This document shows positions 1-11,109 of a stretch of DNA of 20,000 nt, one piece after another. The notes beneath the pieces are model-generated. The model searched no databases and was not told the origin of the DNA. It saw only the letters and a list, made by a program, of their open reading frames with translations. Origin of the DNA: Lama guanicoe (Eukaryota); NCBI GenBank assembly GCA_013239625.1, contig MU053472.1, positions 3,430,859 to 3,450,858 of the forward strand. Reading direction: 5' to 3'. The translations under genes and the position numbers were made by a program. Positions within the stretch are counted from its first letter, which is position 1, and each line of letters opens with the position of its first letter.

Positions 1-929
1 CATTTTCCTTACAATGACAAACCTACACAAATCACTAAAGACGTTATTAGATAAATTAGAGGTTTAAAAGTACACCCTTCCTGACACTGGCAATGTGGGC
101 GTCGGCACAGCACCCACAGCTGTGTTTCAGCAGTCTTGGCACAGCATTGCTAAGGTTATAGAAATTCTTGGAGGTGGGAAGTTTCCATCAATTAACTTTG
201 AGAGATACTCGTCTGGAGCAGCTTCATCTCAGCCCACGTATTACGATGATGCTACCTACTCAGCATGTCCTTGCTAGGGTGACGAGACGTAAATGTTGAA
301 TTTCTGATCAATCCCCTCCCCCAAGTTAGTCATATGTATTCTAAATCTAGAATAACACATTAATTTAAAAATAAAGGCAAATTCTCCACCAGGCTTGGTA
401 TTCTTTTTCTTAGTGGACCAAATGGAGTTAAAAATCAGGGCTCAATTTTTTCCTCTTTAAGCTATTTTCTTTTCTTTCTATAGCAACCTCTAGGAATGCC
501 ACCTGGAGTCAGCTGACTGTAATGCCCACACATCACAGATTCTCTTAGGTTTTCTGAATATAAATAATGTTACCTACCAAATGACTAGTTCCTGAAGTTC
601 TGGGTTTGGGGTTCTTATAACAGAAATCTCATTCCCTCTGGTTGCTGTCAGTGTAATCTTAAGTCATTTGTTCACACTGACCAGGTTGATATTCAAGCAA
701 AGCCAATAGCATCCTAAATTTTCTGTGAACAGCAGTCTAGACGTTACACATTTACCAAAGATCAAACTACCACTAGTGCCCTAAGACCACAAAAAGAAGA
801 GAGCTTAGCAGTGATTATCTTTTTTGTCATTATTCCTCCATGACTAAAAGGAATTAAATTGCACAAGTTTACTGAAACTTGTCAACATCACCAGACGTAC
901 CTGTTGCTAGTTCCTACAGTCGATTCTCA

Positions 930-1300
930 GGTTCATCTCACTTAGGAGCATATGAATTCTTATTTTCCCCTCAACTTTGATGTACTTCCTTCTCTAGGTT
1001 TCTAGAATACCGACTTTCACAGGATTCTGTATTCTCAATCTCCTTTGATGGTTCTTCACTTTCTTCCTGTACTTGGAATTCCTCTTACCATCTTGTAAGT
1101 CTTTTCTTTTCCTTTTTGTATAGCCTTTATCAATTTCTAGCATACTATATGCATTTCTTATTTCTTATGTTTATTGTTTATTTTATGAACCCATTCTTAC
1201 TCCCACTAGACTGCAGATGTTTTTGTCTGCTTTTGGTCACTGATGCCTAATGCCCAGATCAGTGCCTGGCACAGAGTGATCAATAATTATCTGCTGAACA
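930..1300 (+). mobile_element. Degraded LINE2 (L2) fragments including the 3' end
   Basis: 'ccactagactgcag...ttttggtcactgatg...cagtgcctggcacagagtgatcaataattatctgctgaa' resembles the L2 3' terminus; the upstream pyrimidine-rich stretch resembles the L2 RT region. Boundaries approximate. Confidence 0.7.
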
Positions 1301-1627
1301 CATAAACTTCTGTCTTCTTGATTTATATATGTTTAAGCCATTTCCTGCCTCCTTAGAATGTACGTTTCTTGCGAGTCGCAAATCAATACATTTATGAAAG
1401 AGCATTCCACATAACATGGTATTGAGTTCTTACGTGTAGGCTACCAAGCTTGGGCTAGCATTACTAGACAGGTGATAACCATTGGCAAATGGGAATTACG
1501 GTTATATTTACACTTACGCTGACACCTCATTTATACCAGAGGCTTTGGTCCCTTTCACTAAGAGATAATATATTAAAAAATTTTAAATATGCGTGCCTTT
1601 TTAATAGGAACTCTAATTCAACCAATA

Positions 1628-1712
1628 TTTTTCTAATGAAGGCACTGGTGAGTGGACCCAGGACTTTGTGCATCCTAAGCACACAATCTACCACTGAGGT
1701 ATACCTGCCCCC
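1628..1712 (-). mobile_element. tRNA-derived SINE (camelid-type), short degraded copy
   Basis: Reverse complement reads ggggcaggtatacctcagtggtaga...cacaaagtcctgggtccactcaccagtgccttcattagaaaaa, with decayed A and B boxes, and is similar to the copy at 8716-8846. Possible decayed TSD: ttcaaccaatattttt (1617-1632) / ttcaagcagtacgttt (1713-1728). Confidence 0.8.
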
Positions 1713-1744
1713 TTCAAGCAGTACGTTTAAGTGATTGACAAGGT

Positions 1745-3629
1745 TTAAGAAAGAAGGGGCTTCCAAGAATCCCCAGGCCAAGCATATGGCCAAGTGGGAA
1801 CCAGGCCCCACTGACCAGGAGGCCAGCAGCAGCTCCACGCACCTTCCAGGCTGCACAGTCAACCATATGGGAAGCCTAACCTACTGTCCATTTGGCCCAC
1901 AGCCACCACACAGGGCACAGTTTCACAGCCAACCAGGCTAAGGGCCAGCCCTGCCTACCAGAGCACCCACAGTAGTTAGATCATCACAACAGAAGGGCCC
2001 ATGAATGCAGCCCACCTACAGGGTATACACCTAGAACATATAACTCTAGTGACCAGAAGGGAGTGGGCTCTGGGGCCCCATAGGACATCTCCTGAAAAAG
2101 GCCACTTCTCCAAGATCAGGAAACATAATCAACACACAGAAATAAACAGAGAATTGGGCAAAATGAGGAGACAAAGAAATATGTTCCAAACAATGGAACA
2201 AGACAAAAATTCAGAAAAGGAATTGAATGTGGAGACTAGTAATCTACCCAATAAAGAGTTCAAGGTAATGATCATAAGGATGCTCACCAAACATAGAAGA
2301 CGAACAGATGAACACAGTGAGAATTCTAACAAAGAGTTAGAAAACATAAAGAGGAAGCAAACAGAGCTAAAGAATACAATAACTGAAATTTAAAAATACA
2401 CAAGAAGTAATCAACAGTAGATTAGATTATACAGAGTAATGGATCAGTGATCTGGAAAACAGAGTAGTGGAAATCATCCAAACTGAATAGAAAAAAAGAC
2501 AATTTTTTTCAAAGCAGGATAGTTTAAGAGACCCCTGAGACAACATTAAACATACTAACATTTGCATTACAGAAGTCACATAAGGAGAAGAGAGAGGGAA
2601 AGGAGCAGAGAAATTATTTGAAGAAATAATAGCTAAAAAATTCCCTGACCTGGGAAAGGAAACAGATAATCAGATCCAGGAAGCACTGAGTCCCAAATAA
2701 GATGAACCCAAAGAGATTTATACCAAGACATATTATAATTAAAACGGCAAAAATTAAAGATAGAATCTTAAAAGAGAAAAGCAACTAGTGAGGTACAAGG
2801 GAACTCCCATTAGACTATCAGCTGACTTTTTAGCAGATACTCTGCAAGTCAGAAAGGAGTGACATGTTACATTCAAAGTGATAAAGGGAAAAAATCTACA
2901 GCCAAGCATAATCTATTTGGCAAGGTTATCATTCAGATTTAAAGGAGAGATAAAAAGTTTTACAAACAAAAGCTAAAAGAGTTCCACTAAACCAGTACCA
3001 CTAAACCAGCTTTAAAAGAAATGTTAAAGGGACTTCTTCTCTAAGGGGGAAGGAAAAGCCTCCAATGAGAAATATAAAAATTATGAAAAGAAAAATCTCA
3101 CTGGTAAAGACAAACATACAATAAAGGTAGTATCTCGACCACTTACATAGCTAGTAGAAAGGTTAAAAGAAAAGCAGTAAAATCATCTGTATCTACAGTA
3201 AGCAAGTAGTTAAGGGATACACAAAACAAAAAGATGTGAAATACGACATCAAAAACATTAAATGTGGTGGGGGGAGTAAACATGTAGGGTGGTTAAAATG
3301 CATTTGAACTTAAGAGATCATCAACTTAAACCTCATGGTAACCACAAACCAAAACCTACAATAGATACATATACAAAAAAGAGAAAGGAATCCAAACAAA
3401 ACACTAAAGATAGTCATCAAATCACAGGGGAGGACAAGCAAAAGAAGAAAAAAGAAACAAAAACAACCAGAAAACAATTAACAAAATGGGAGTAAGTATA
3501 TACCTATCAATAATTATTTTAAATGTAAATAGATTAAAATGCTCCAGTCAAAGACACAGAGCGGCTGAATGGATAACAAAACAAGACACATACAAGACAT
3601 TCACTTCAGGTCTAAAGACACACAAAAAC
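1745..3629 (+). mobile_element. Old LINE-1, 5' part: partial 5' UTR, disrupted ORF1 (ATG 2163 to about 3045), inter-ORF spacer, start of ORF2 (ATG 3486)
   Basis: ORF1-like MRRQRNMFQTMEQDKN...LPNKEFKVMIIRML...ELKNTITEI, followed by stops and frameshifts; ORF2 endonuclease start MGVSIYLSIIILNVNRL...RHRAAEWI. Confidence 0.93.
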
Positions 3630-5533
3630 AGGCCTAGGGTTTATTGGCCAATTGGCACATCTTGCCATACAGCGGAGCCATGTGCCTGGCTCCCACGTCC
3701 TGCAGCCAAGTTGCCTTACACCCTCTCCTCAGAGTGGTCCTGCTCTGGGCTGGCTCAGCAAGGCAAGGACTACAGCCTGGCAGTGGAATGGCGCCCGAGG
3801 CCCAGGATGGTGATCTTTTGTGTGTCTGTGAGTTACTCCAGTTGATAGAACAAGGAGGAGAAGCGCACTGTCTTTTTCCTCCGGTTTCCCCTAAAGGACT
3901 CAAAATGTCTGATCCAGTGATTAAAAGCTGTTCAGAAGGATAACTGGATCCCCACTAAGTACTCTTTACTCTGTAGTAAACATTTCTCCAGATAGCTTCC
4001 AAGAGGCTGGCGGACAGCACTGACTGCGCAAGCTCACGGCCATGCTTCCAAATTCCACCTGACTGAGAAGAGAGCTGGAGGACACAGCTACACCAGGAGA
4101 AAGGATACCAGAAGGGCCTCAGGGCATGAGGGTGCATGTGACTGAAGCAGAAAGGAAAGGAGCTGCAGGGTCATCAACATCCTCAAGTGAAAACCCAATG
4201 GCCAAGCTAGAGTCCTGAAAATTGGAGTGAGATACACTGTAGGGTAAACTGCACCCAGGGCCACCCAGGAAGCCACCAGTCAGAAACCGACACAGCAGTC
4301 TCTGGAAGAATCACAGGAGAGAGTCTGGCCACTGCAGTGTCAGACAGCCAGGGAGAAGCAAATACATCTGTAGATGCTGGCAATGAGACCACCTCCTCCC
4401 CTGAGAGATAAGAGTGGCATTTCCATAGATGACTTTACACTCACAGGGTCTAGGGCATGCAAATTTATTGGCTCACTTCATTCTTACAGTTTCTCCTCCA
4501 AGCACATGGAAAGAGGCTGTCTGTTCCCTTAAACCCTGTGGAACAAGAGGCTGAAGAGAGACATGGAGCCTGGCTGCAGCAGGACGAGCCTGGGGCCCTA
4601 CAAGGGCTTGGCATTGAGCCCCTGAAGTTTGTCACTCACAGCAATGCCTCAGAAGCCCTTCCAGAGCCCCTCCACCCCTCTGACAGATGTCACCTTGAAG
4701 CCAGGCATTTAAGCTGTGCTAAGTGAGCACGGTGACACCAGCCCCATGTTCATCAAAGACGTCATCCTGTCAGCACTGGGGACCTGCAAACTCTTCAACT
4801 CGCTGCTCACCTACTGCTTCTCCTCCTGGCAGAACAAGAACCAAGTGTGCTGCCTGTGGGAACAGGAGGAGAAGAACGGCAAACTGAAGACCCTGAAACA
4901 GAGGGTCAAGCTGCTCGGACAGCCAGGTGTGTGGTGAGCTGAGGAGAAGCTGGACCAGCTGAAGAGAGTGTGCTTCCCCTACCTGAGCAGTGTACTGCTC
5001 CCTTACCCCCAACCCAGCAATTAGTACCAGAGCTTTAAGGCTCCCACACTGCCTTGCTATTATGAGGCAGGGTTCTTGCTATGCACTGACGGCTTCTGAG
5101 CACTTCCATGTGTTGCATGCTTCCTGCTGTCTTTGTAAAGGTTCTGATAGTAGCTGTACCTTGTAAAAGAGGAACCAGATTGGTGAGCTTATCTCATTTG
5201 CTCCAGGGCACTCAAGAGGCATCTGTAGGAATAAGGGTTTAGCTAGTGAGAAAGAAGGCATTTCATGTCAGCTAGGAAAGCCAGAACTACTCAATGAATC
5301 GTTGACTTTTTTCCACTTGAATGGGAGAAGTCCCTTTCTATTGCATATCTCACACAAACATAAAATCTTAATGAGGTAGTTATCTACATGTAAATAAAAC
5401 AGACATAGGAAACTATTAGAAAATTATAGGAGACTCTTAAAATCATGAGTTTTTTTCTGTTCATGTTCTAATGAATATCACTGAAGTTAAAACATCTTGA
5501 GCATTAAAAATAATTTCTTCAAAATAAAAAAAA
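3630..5533 (+). pseudogene. THAP4: Processed pseudogene (retrocopy) of THAP4: 5' UTR, THAP domain, linker and coiled coil, but no nitrobindin domain; novel 3' end and A tail
   Basis: From ATG 3807: MVIFCVSVSYSS**NKEEKRTVFFLRFPLKDSKCLIQ*LKAVQKDNWIPTKYSLLCSKHF, versus recalled human THAP4 MVICCAAVNCSNRQGKGEKRAVSFHRFPLKDSKRLIQWLKAVQRDNWTPTKYSFLCSEHF. Also GSLHSYSFSSKH at ~4470, SEHGDTSPMFIKDVILSALGTCKLFNSLLTYCFSSWQNKNQVCCL at ~4722, and EEKLDQLKRVCFPYLSS at 4941. Stops at 3843, 3846 and 3918 plus frameshifts; no intron. ATTAAA at 5503-5508, A tail at 5521-5533, TSD aaagacacacaaaaac (3614-3629) / aaagaacacaaagac (5531-5545). Confidence 0.95.
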
Positions 5534-6755
5534 GAACACAAAGACTGAAAGTGAGGGGAAGGGAAAAGTTATTCCACGCAAATGGAAACAAAAAGAAAGC
5601 TGGGGTAGCAATACTTATATTAAACAAAATAGACTTTAAACCAAACCTGTAACAAAGACAAAGAAGAGCGTACATAATGATAAAGGAATCAATCCAACAA
5701 GAACACATAGCAATTGTAAATATATATGCACCCAACATAGAAGCACTTAAATACATAAAACAAATACTAACAAACATACAGGAAGAAACTGATAGTAGGG
5801 GACTTTAATGCCCCTCATACATCAATGGATGTATCATCCATATAGAAAATCTATAAGAAAATCTATACAGGTGGAATCTCTCCACTTTTGTTCAACACAG
5901 TATTAGAAGTCCTAGCCACAGAAATCAGACAAGGAAAAGAAATAAAAGGAATCCAAAATGGAAAAAATGGAGTAAAACTATCACTGTTTGCAGATGACAA
6001 GATACTATGTATAGAAAAGCCTAAAGATGTCACCAAAATGCTATTAGAATAAATGAACTTAGTAAAGTAACAAGATACACTATCAATATACAGGAATCTG
6101 TTGCATTTCTATACACTAATAACAAATTATCAGGAAGAGAAATTAAGAAAACAATCCCATTTACAATTGCATCAAAAAGAATAAAATGCCCAGGAAAGAA
6201 ACACCTAAAAACAAATCTGACCAAGGAGGTAAAAGACTTGTACTCTGAAAACTATGTCACTGATGAAAGAAATTGAAGACAACACAAATGGAAAGATACA
6301 CCATGCTCATGGATTGGGAAGATTAATATTGTTAAAATGACCATACTACTCAAGGCAATCTACAGATTCAATGCAACCCCTATCAAAATACCAAGGGCAT
6401 TTTTCACAGAACTAGAATAAAGAATCCTAACACTTGTATGGAAACACAAAAGACCCTGAATAGCCAAAGCAATCTTGAGAAAGCAGAAGAAATCTGGAGG
6501 CATCACATTCCTTGATTTCAAACTATACTACAAAACTACAGTAATCAAAACAGTATGGCCCTGGCACAAAAACAGACACATAGATCTATGGAACAGAACA
6601 GAGAGCCCAGAAATAAACCCTCACTGTTACAATCAGCTAATCTATTACAAAAAAAGGCAAGAATATACAACGGGGAGAAGACAGCCTCTTCAATAAATGG
6701 TGCTGGGAAAACTGGGCAGCTATATGCAAAAGAATCAAACCAGACAACTTTCTTG
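5531..6755 (+). mobile_element. Continuation of the same LINE-1 ORF2 (endonuclease remainder, internal deletion, RT region), 3' truncated
   Basis: Resumes where the L1 was interrupted (agactgaaagtgagggg...HANGNKKKAGVAIL). GDFN-type motif at ~5800, a jump to SPLLFN.VLEVLA at ~5880, FADD at 5987-5998, and [21 protein letters not shown]. Ends without 3' UTR or polyA. Confidence 0.93.
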
Positions 6756-6959
6756 AAAGCCATATTATAAACTTCTTATCATTGTTTATCTCAGGACCAC
6801 ACATGATAACAATCAGATTCTGCTGATTAAGAAAACAGAGATACAAGGTACTCTGCTAAAAGTTGTATAGCTTACCAACAATATGGTGGCTACAAGAAAC
6901 ATGTTTCATGAATTCCAGTCCCTTACTCTAGTTTTTCCATAAACATAGCTTATGCATTT

Positions 6960-7365
6960 ATTCATTTATTTTAATTAAAAAAGTAATACATGCTACATTC
7001 TTGTTGAAAAAAAAATCAGAGAATACAGAAGTGTTTAAAGTAAAAAGGTAAAAGTCTACTATATCCTTCCAGATTTTTTTTTCTAAGCATTACATACAAA
7101 CAGAAAAATATAGCTTTGTTTTGGATTTATTGTAGAATAAATTAAATTATATACATGTTATTATAAAAAGTACCTTTCCCTTAGTTCTGTTTTACAGAAC
7201 TTTCCATGCCAACGATAGTGCATGAACACACACAAAACTTGTTATTTTAAGCTGCTACATAGTTTTTCTATAAGTGGATATTTAGACTATTTATAATTTT
7301 TAATACCATAAACAATGCTTCAGTGAACATCATTAAATGCCTTTTTGTGCATACTGTTCCAATAT
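6960..7365 (-). mobile_element. Ancient L1 (L1ME-like) 3' end fragment
   Basis: 'aaaaagtaatacatgc...aatacagaa' and 'ataaacaatgcttcagtgaacatc' resemble the antisense L1ME 3' region. Confidence 0.6.
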
Positions 7366-7374
7366 ATATATAAT

Positions 7375-10135
7375 CCATTATTTGTTATATTATTTTAAAA
7401 ATATTGCAATCATACATGTATGTTTAAAAGTCAACTTGAACTAAAAGACTTATAACAAAAGACAGAAAACCCTTACCCAGTGTCTTCTATGCTGTAGAGG
7501 CCACAAGCCTCAACTTTTCTAGACATTCTCCTGTTTCCATCATTTTAAATAAAATGTTTATACTGGTATTTCTTAATTTATCTTAGGTATCATATATATT
7601 ATCTTCTTCCCATGGTAGAAGATATGTTGGTTCTTTGTGATTTACCAATATTATCTATATCTTTTCACCATAATGATTTTTCTCACACAGACAACTCCCC
7701 TGTCCCCCAATATTTCGTTAAATCAGTAAGTTTTAAAATATTACAGCTATGCGAACAGTGTGAATTTCTGGAGTACATGAAGATCACAACTCCTTTGTTG
7801 TGCAACTTTATTCCCCTAGAGTTGATAACTGCCTCATTTTCTTTTTTTTCATTTGCTTTGTTTTCAACACACCTATCAGTAATTTTTTTCAAAATACTCC
7901 AAAACCATTGTGGCACATCATTCAATTATTTTCTGTATGTTCAAACAAATAGTTCCTTTTTTTTTAACCCCCTGGAAAGCACCCTGGACTCTAGTCTTGT
8001 TGTACAAATGACATTCTGGGACATTCTTATGGAGCTCTTCTGTGTTGGTTCTCCTGTTTCCTAGATCCTTACTAACTTGGTTTTTAGATTTTGCTAGAGT
8101 ACCTCCTCCTATAGTTTTACCAGCTTCTACTATCTCTCTCCTTTATCCTTCCAATTCTTTTCAGTCATATAATATCTACAGTATCAGAGTTTATAACATA
8201 CAAATTCTCTCCTAGAATAGTGAGCCCCACATTGATCCTATGAATTCAACACTCACATCAGGTCTTTTGCTGTATTTTCATCTCTTGGTTAGCTGAAGTG
8301 TATCCACCAGTAGTTTCTCAAGAAGACATTAGGAAAATTACATTTTCTGAGTTTTTACATATCTAAAAATGTCTGCTGCCCTTCCTTTACACCAGAACAA
8401 CGGTTTGACTAGATATAAAATTCCTGGGTCAAACTTTTTGTCCTTGAGGACTTTATAGATCTTGCTCTACTGTCTTTTGACATAACTTTTCTGAGAAGAA
8501 TTCTAAAGCCAATTTGAGTCTTTCTCCTCATATTTATTCTTTTACTCTGGAGTCATTAAAATTTTTTTAAACATTTTTCTGAAGTAAATTTATTAACAGT
8601 GAAATGCACAGGTCTTAAGTATTCAGTTAGACGAGTTTTGTGTTGTTTTGTTTTGTTTTGTTTTTGCAGATAAGGCTTTTTTTTTAAGCCCAGTGTTTTA
8701 TCCTTATTTCCTTTGAAGGGGAGAGGGATAATTAGGTTTATTTATTTACTTATTATTGTTATTTTTTAATGGAGATACTGGGGATTGAACTCAGGACCTT
8801 GTGTATGCTATGCACACACTCTACCACTGAACTATACATCCTCCCCTAAGAAATTTTTTTTGCTGTCCAGTCACATTATTAGCTTGGGCCTTGATGTTAA
8901 TTGTTCTATGTAAATTTTTCCTGGCTCATGATGTGCTCTTTCAATCTATTGATTCAACTCTGCATTTGCTTCTGAGTGGTTTCCTTGTAAAATACCTGTA
9001 AATATTATATTCCATTATTTGGATTTTACCCTTCGAGGACAACAATTATTTCCTTTGTCCACGTGCCATATCTAACACTGGCTCTCTTTTCCTTTTAGAC
9101 ACATGGCTAATTTCTATTTCATTTTGTTCATTTTTTCCCTCAATTTTACTCTCCATGTACCTTACTATGTTTTTCAGAAACGTCTCTTCTCCTTTTTGCT
9201 GCTTGGAATACACCCTTCATCTCACTGACAATCTTATTTTTCTCTTCCACTTATTTCCTGAGCTGGTAGCTAAGCTTCACCTTTTGCAATCTTCCTTGAC
9301 TTATCTCTGCTTTGAGTTCTAGTTTTATTGAAGCATTTGCAAGATTAATTTTTTTAAATTACCATTCAAGACAATATATTTTATTACAACTTTCATCAAC
9401 TGTTTTTCATTACTCAGGAGTATTTTTCAATTGCTATTTTTTATTTTTGTTCAACTTTTAAAAATTGTAATCTTTTAATATAAAATCCCTGCAGGTTCTT
9501 TTATGATAATAACCTATAAATGAAGTACATTCTTCCTGGATCAAGTCTTCCTAAGAGGTTCATGTGAGAAAGGGACCAGATCTGTGTTCCAGGCTAGCAA
9601 GAATTCTTATAGTTTCCAATGAAGTTCTCAGGGAGTGTGAGGGAATTATTTTATTCTTGACTTCTCCTCAGCCCACAGATTGGAAACCAAAAAGCTGCTA
9701 ATAATATAGGGACAGGTTCTCCTTCCTCACATTGTTTTGTTTAGTTTTAAATATGGTGTATTTACAATTCCTTGGCTTATCCTCTCTTCCTTCTTGGTAC
9801 CAAAGCAAGTATTGGGAATTTCCTGCTGGTAGCATATGAATGGTTCCAAAATTGTTTGTTTTTGGCCCCCCGGGCACACCACCATTTCTGGGGCTTATAC
9901 TCTACAGGCTTTTACTGAGATCTTCAAATGAAGGCATTCTATCATTTCCTCAAACCCATCTGGTCTTTGTTGCATTTGGTAGCCTTTACTCAATTTTGTG
10001 ATTTGGTGTTACAGATATTTCTGACTCTTATTAAAGATGGAGTTTGCATTTTTTTCTTGTTCATCCTTCAATTTTTTTCTTTTCCTGGTGATTTCTGAGA
10101 GAAGCAGACAATGTCATTGTTATTCTACTATTTTA
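7375..10135 (-). mobile_element. Ancient HAL1-like / L1 ORF1-containing element, highly degraded
   Basis: T-rich + strand. 'atacatgtatgtttaaaagtcaa...gacttataacaaaagacag' resembles the HAL1 3' end; 'tttgactagatataaaattcctgggtcaaac...tactgtcttttg' resembles antisense ORF1. May be several fragments; boundaries approximate. Confidence 0.65.
8716..8846 (-). mobile_element. tRNA-derived SINE (camelid-type)
   Basis: Reverse complement ggggaggatgtatagttcagtggtagag...cacaaggtcctgagttcaatccccagtatctccattaaaaaa...aaataaataaacctaattatccctctcccc, with A box TAGTTCAGTGG, B box GAGTTCAATCC and an A-rich tail. Confidence 0.9.
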
Positions 10136-10364
10136 ACACCTGCAATGAGCCCTTATTTTTTTTTTACAAGGGATTGAATGCTTTTCAAAGAGAGTGATAA
10201 TTACTTCCATAATACAGAGGCACATGCATTAAGTCTACCTTGATTCTTGAGTATGGCAAACAAGATAAAATAATACTTTCTTAAAGGAATGCATATTCAA
10301 TGAGTTGAATCAAATACATTCAAATATGAAGCATAATAAATTAGGGAAAGAAGTGATTTCAGAA

Positions 10365-10530
10365 CGAAAATTGGTATGTGAGAAATCTGTAATTCTAAAC
10401 TCTGATTCTATGCTATTTAATTTATGCTATGACCTTGTATTAGGCATTTTTCCCTCAGATTTTTTTCTGTAAAATTAGTCTTTAATTATTTGTTGCATGT
10501 ACTTTGGATGGAATGTAGAGATCCTGTTTA
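10365..10530 (+). mobile_element. MIR SINE, degraded
   Basis: 'ttctaaactctgattctatgcta...tatgaccttg...ccctcagattttttctgtaaaat' follows the MIR core. Confidence 0.55.
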
Positions 10531-11109
10531 AGTATAAATTTGTAACAACTGAGCAATTAGAGAGTTAATGTCAAATCAACCAAAATTTATGAAGTGATTA
10601 TAATTACCTTCCATTTTCCTTCCTGCCCTCTAAATTACTCCAACAAGCCTAGAAAACTGAAGCCAGGCAAAATCTTTAGCAGGTTGTACCTTCCTTCTTT
10701 CTACTCTGTACAGCTAATGTACATGCTAAACTAACTGCATTCATCAGAATTTAAATAAATTACCAAGGAGGAAAAATTGTAATATATTTTCCTACTTTAT
10801 TTTAATCCACATGGTTATACAGAAAATCCAACAAATGGTTCTGCAAATACTTGCTTGTTATTAATTGTGATAGAACCTCAAATAAATTCTCAGGACATAG
10901 GTAGGAAGAAATTTTTCTGATATTGAAAATAATGACAATTTACCCCACTTTTAAGACCTTCTAAACTTACCAGAATTTGAAATAATGAGTTGAGATTAGA
11001 TAAACTTCTCAGGGATGTATGTAAACAAAGTAACATGGTAACACAAAGAAACCCAGTAGTGTTTCATATTAGCTTTGTGAAAACTTACAATCCACCCAGA
11101 AACATAACA

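Noticed and set aside
95..277. 60-aa ORF or possible exon
   Set aside because: GTG start, no convincing splice sites and no recognisable protein.
1527..1862. 111-aa minus-strand ORF
   Set aside because: Spans L1 5' UTR, a SINE and flanking DNA; a chance ORF.
2984..3009. Tandem duplication ccactaaaccag in L1 ORF1 (similar case acagacttaat at 18587-18613)
   Set aside because: Ordinary local slippage-type duplications with no sign of function.
3486..3845. ORF joining the L1 ORF2 start in frame to the THAP4 ATG (apparent fusion protein)
   Set aside because: The L1 part is already deleted and frameshifted before the junction, and the frame stops 12 codons into THAP4. Most likely coincidental.
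3807..5024. THAP domain as a P-element-like transposase or functional retrogene
   Set aside because: It matches cellular THAP4 along its length, has no transposase core or terminal inverted repeats, and carries multiple stops and frameshifts.
7612..8064. 150-aa ORF
   Set aside because: Lies antisense within a degraded HAL1/L1-like element; low-complexity F/S/L composition with no recognisable protein.
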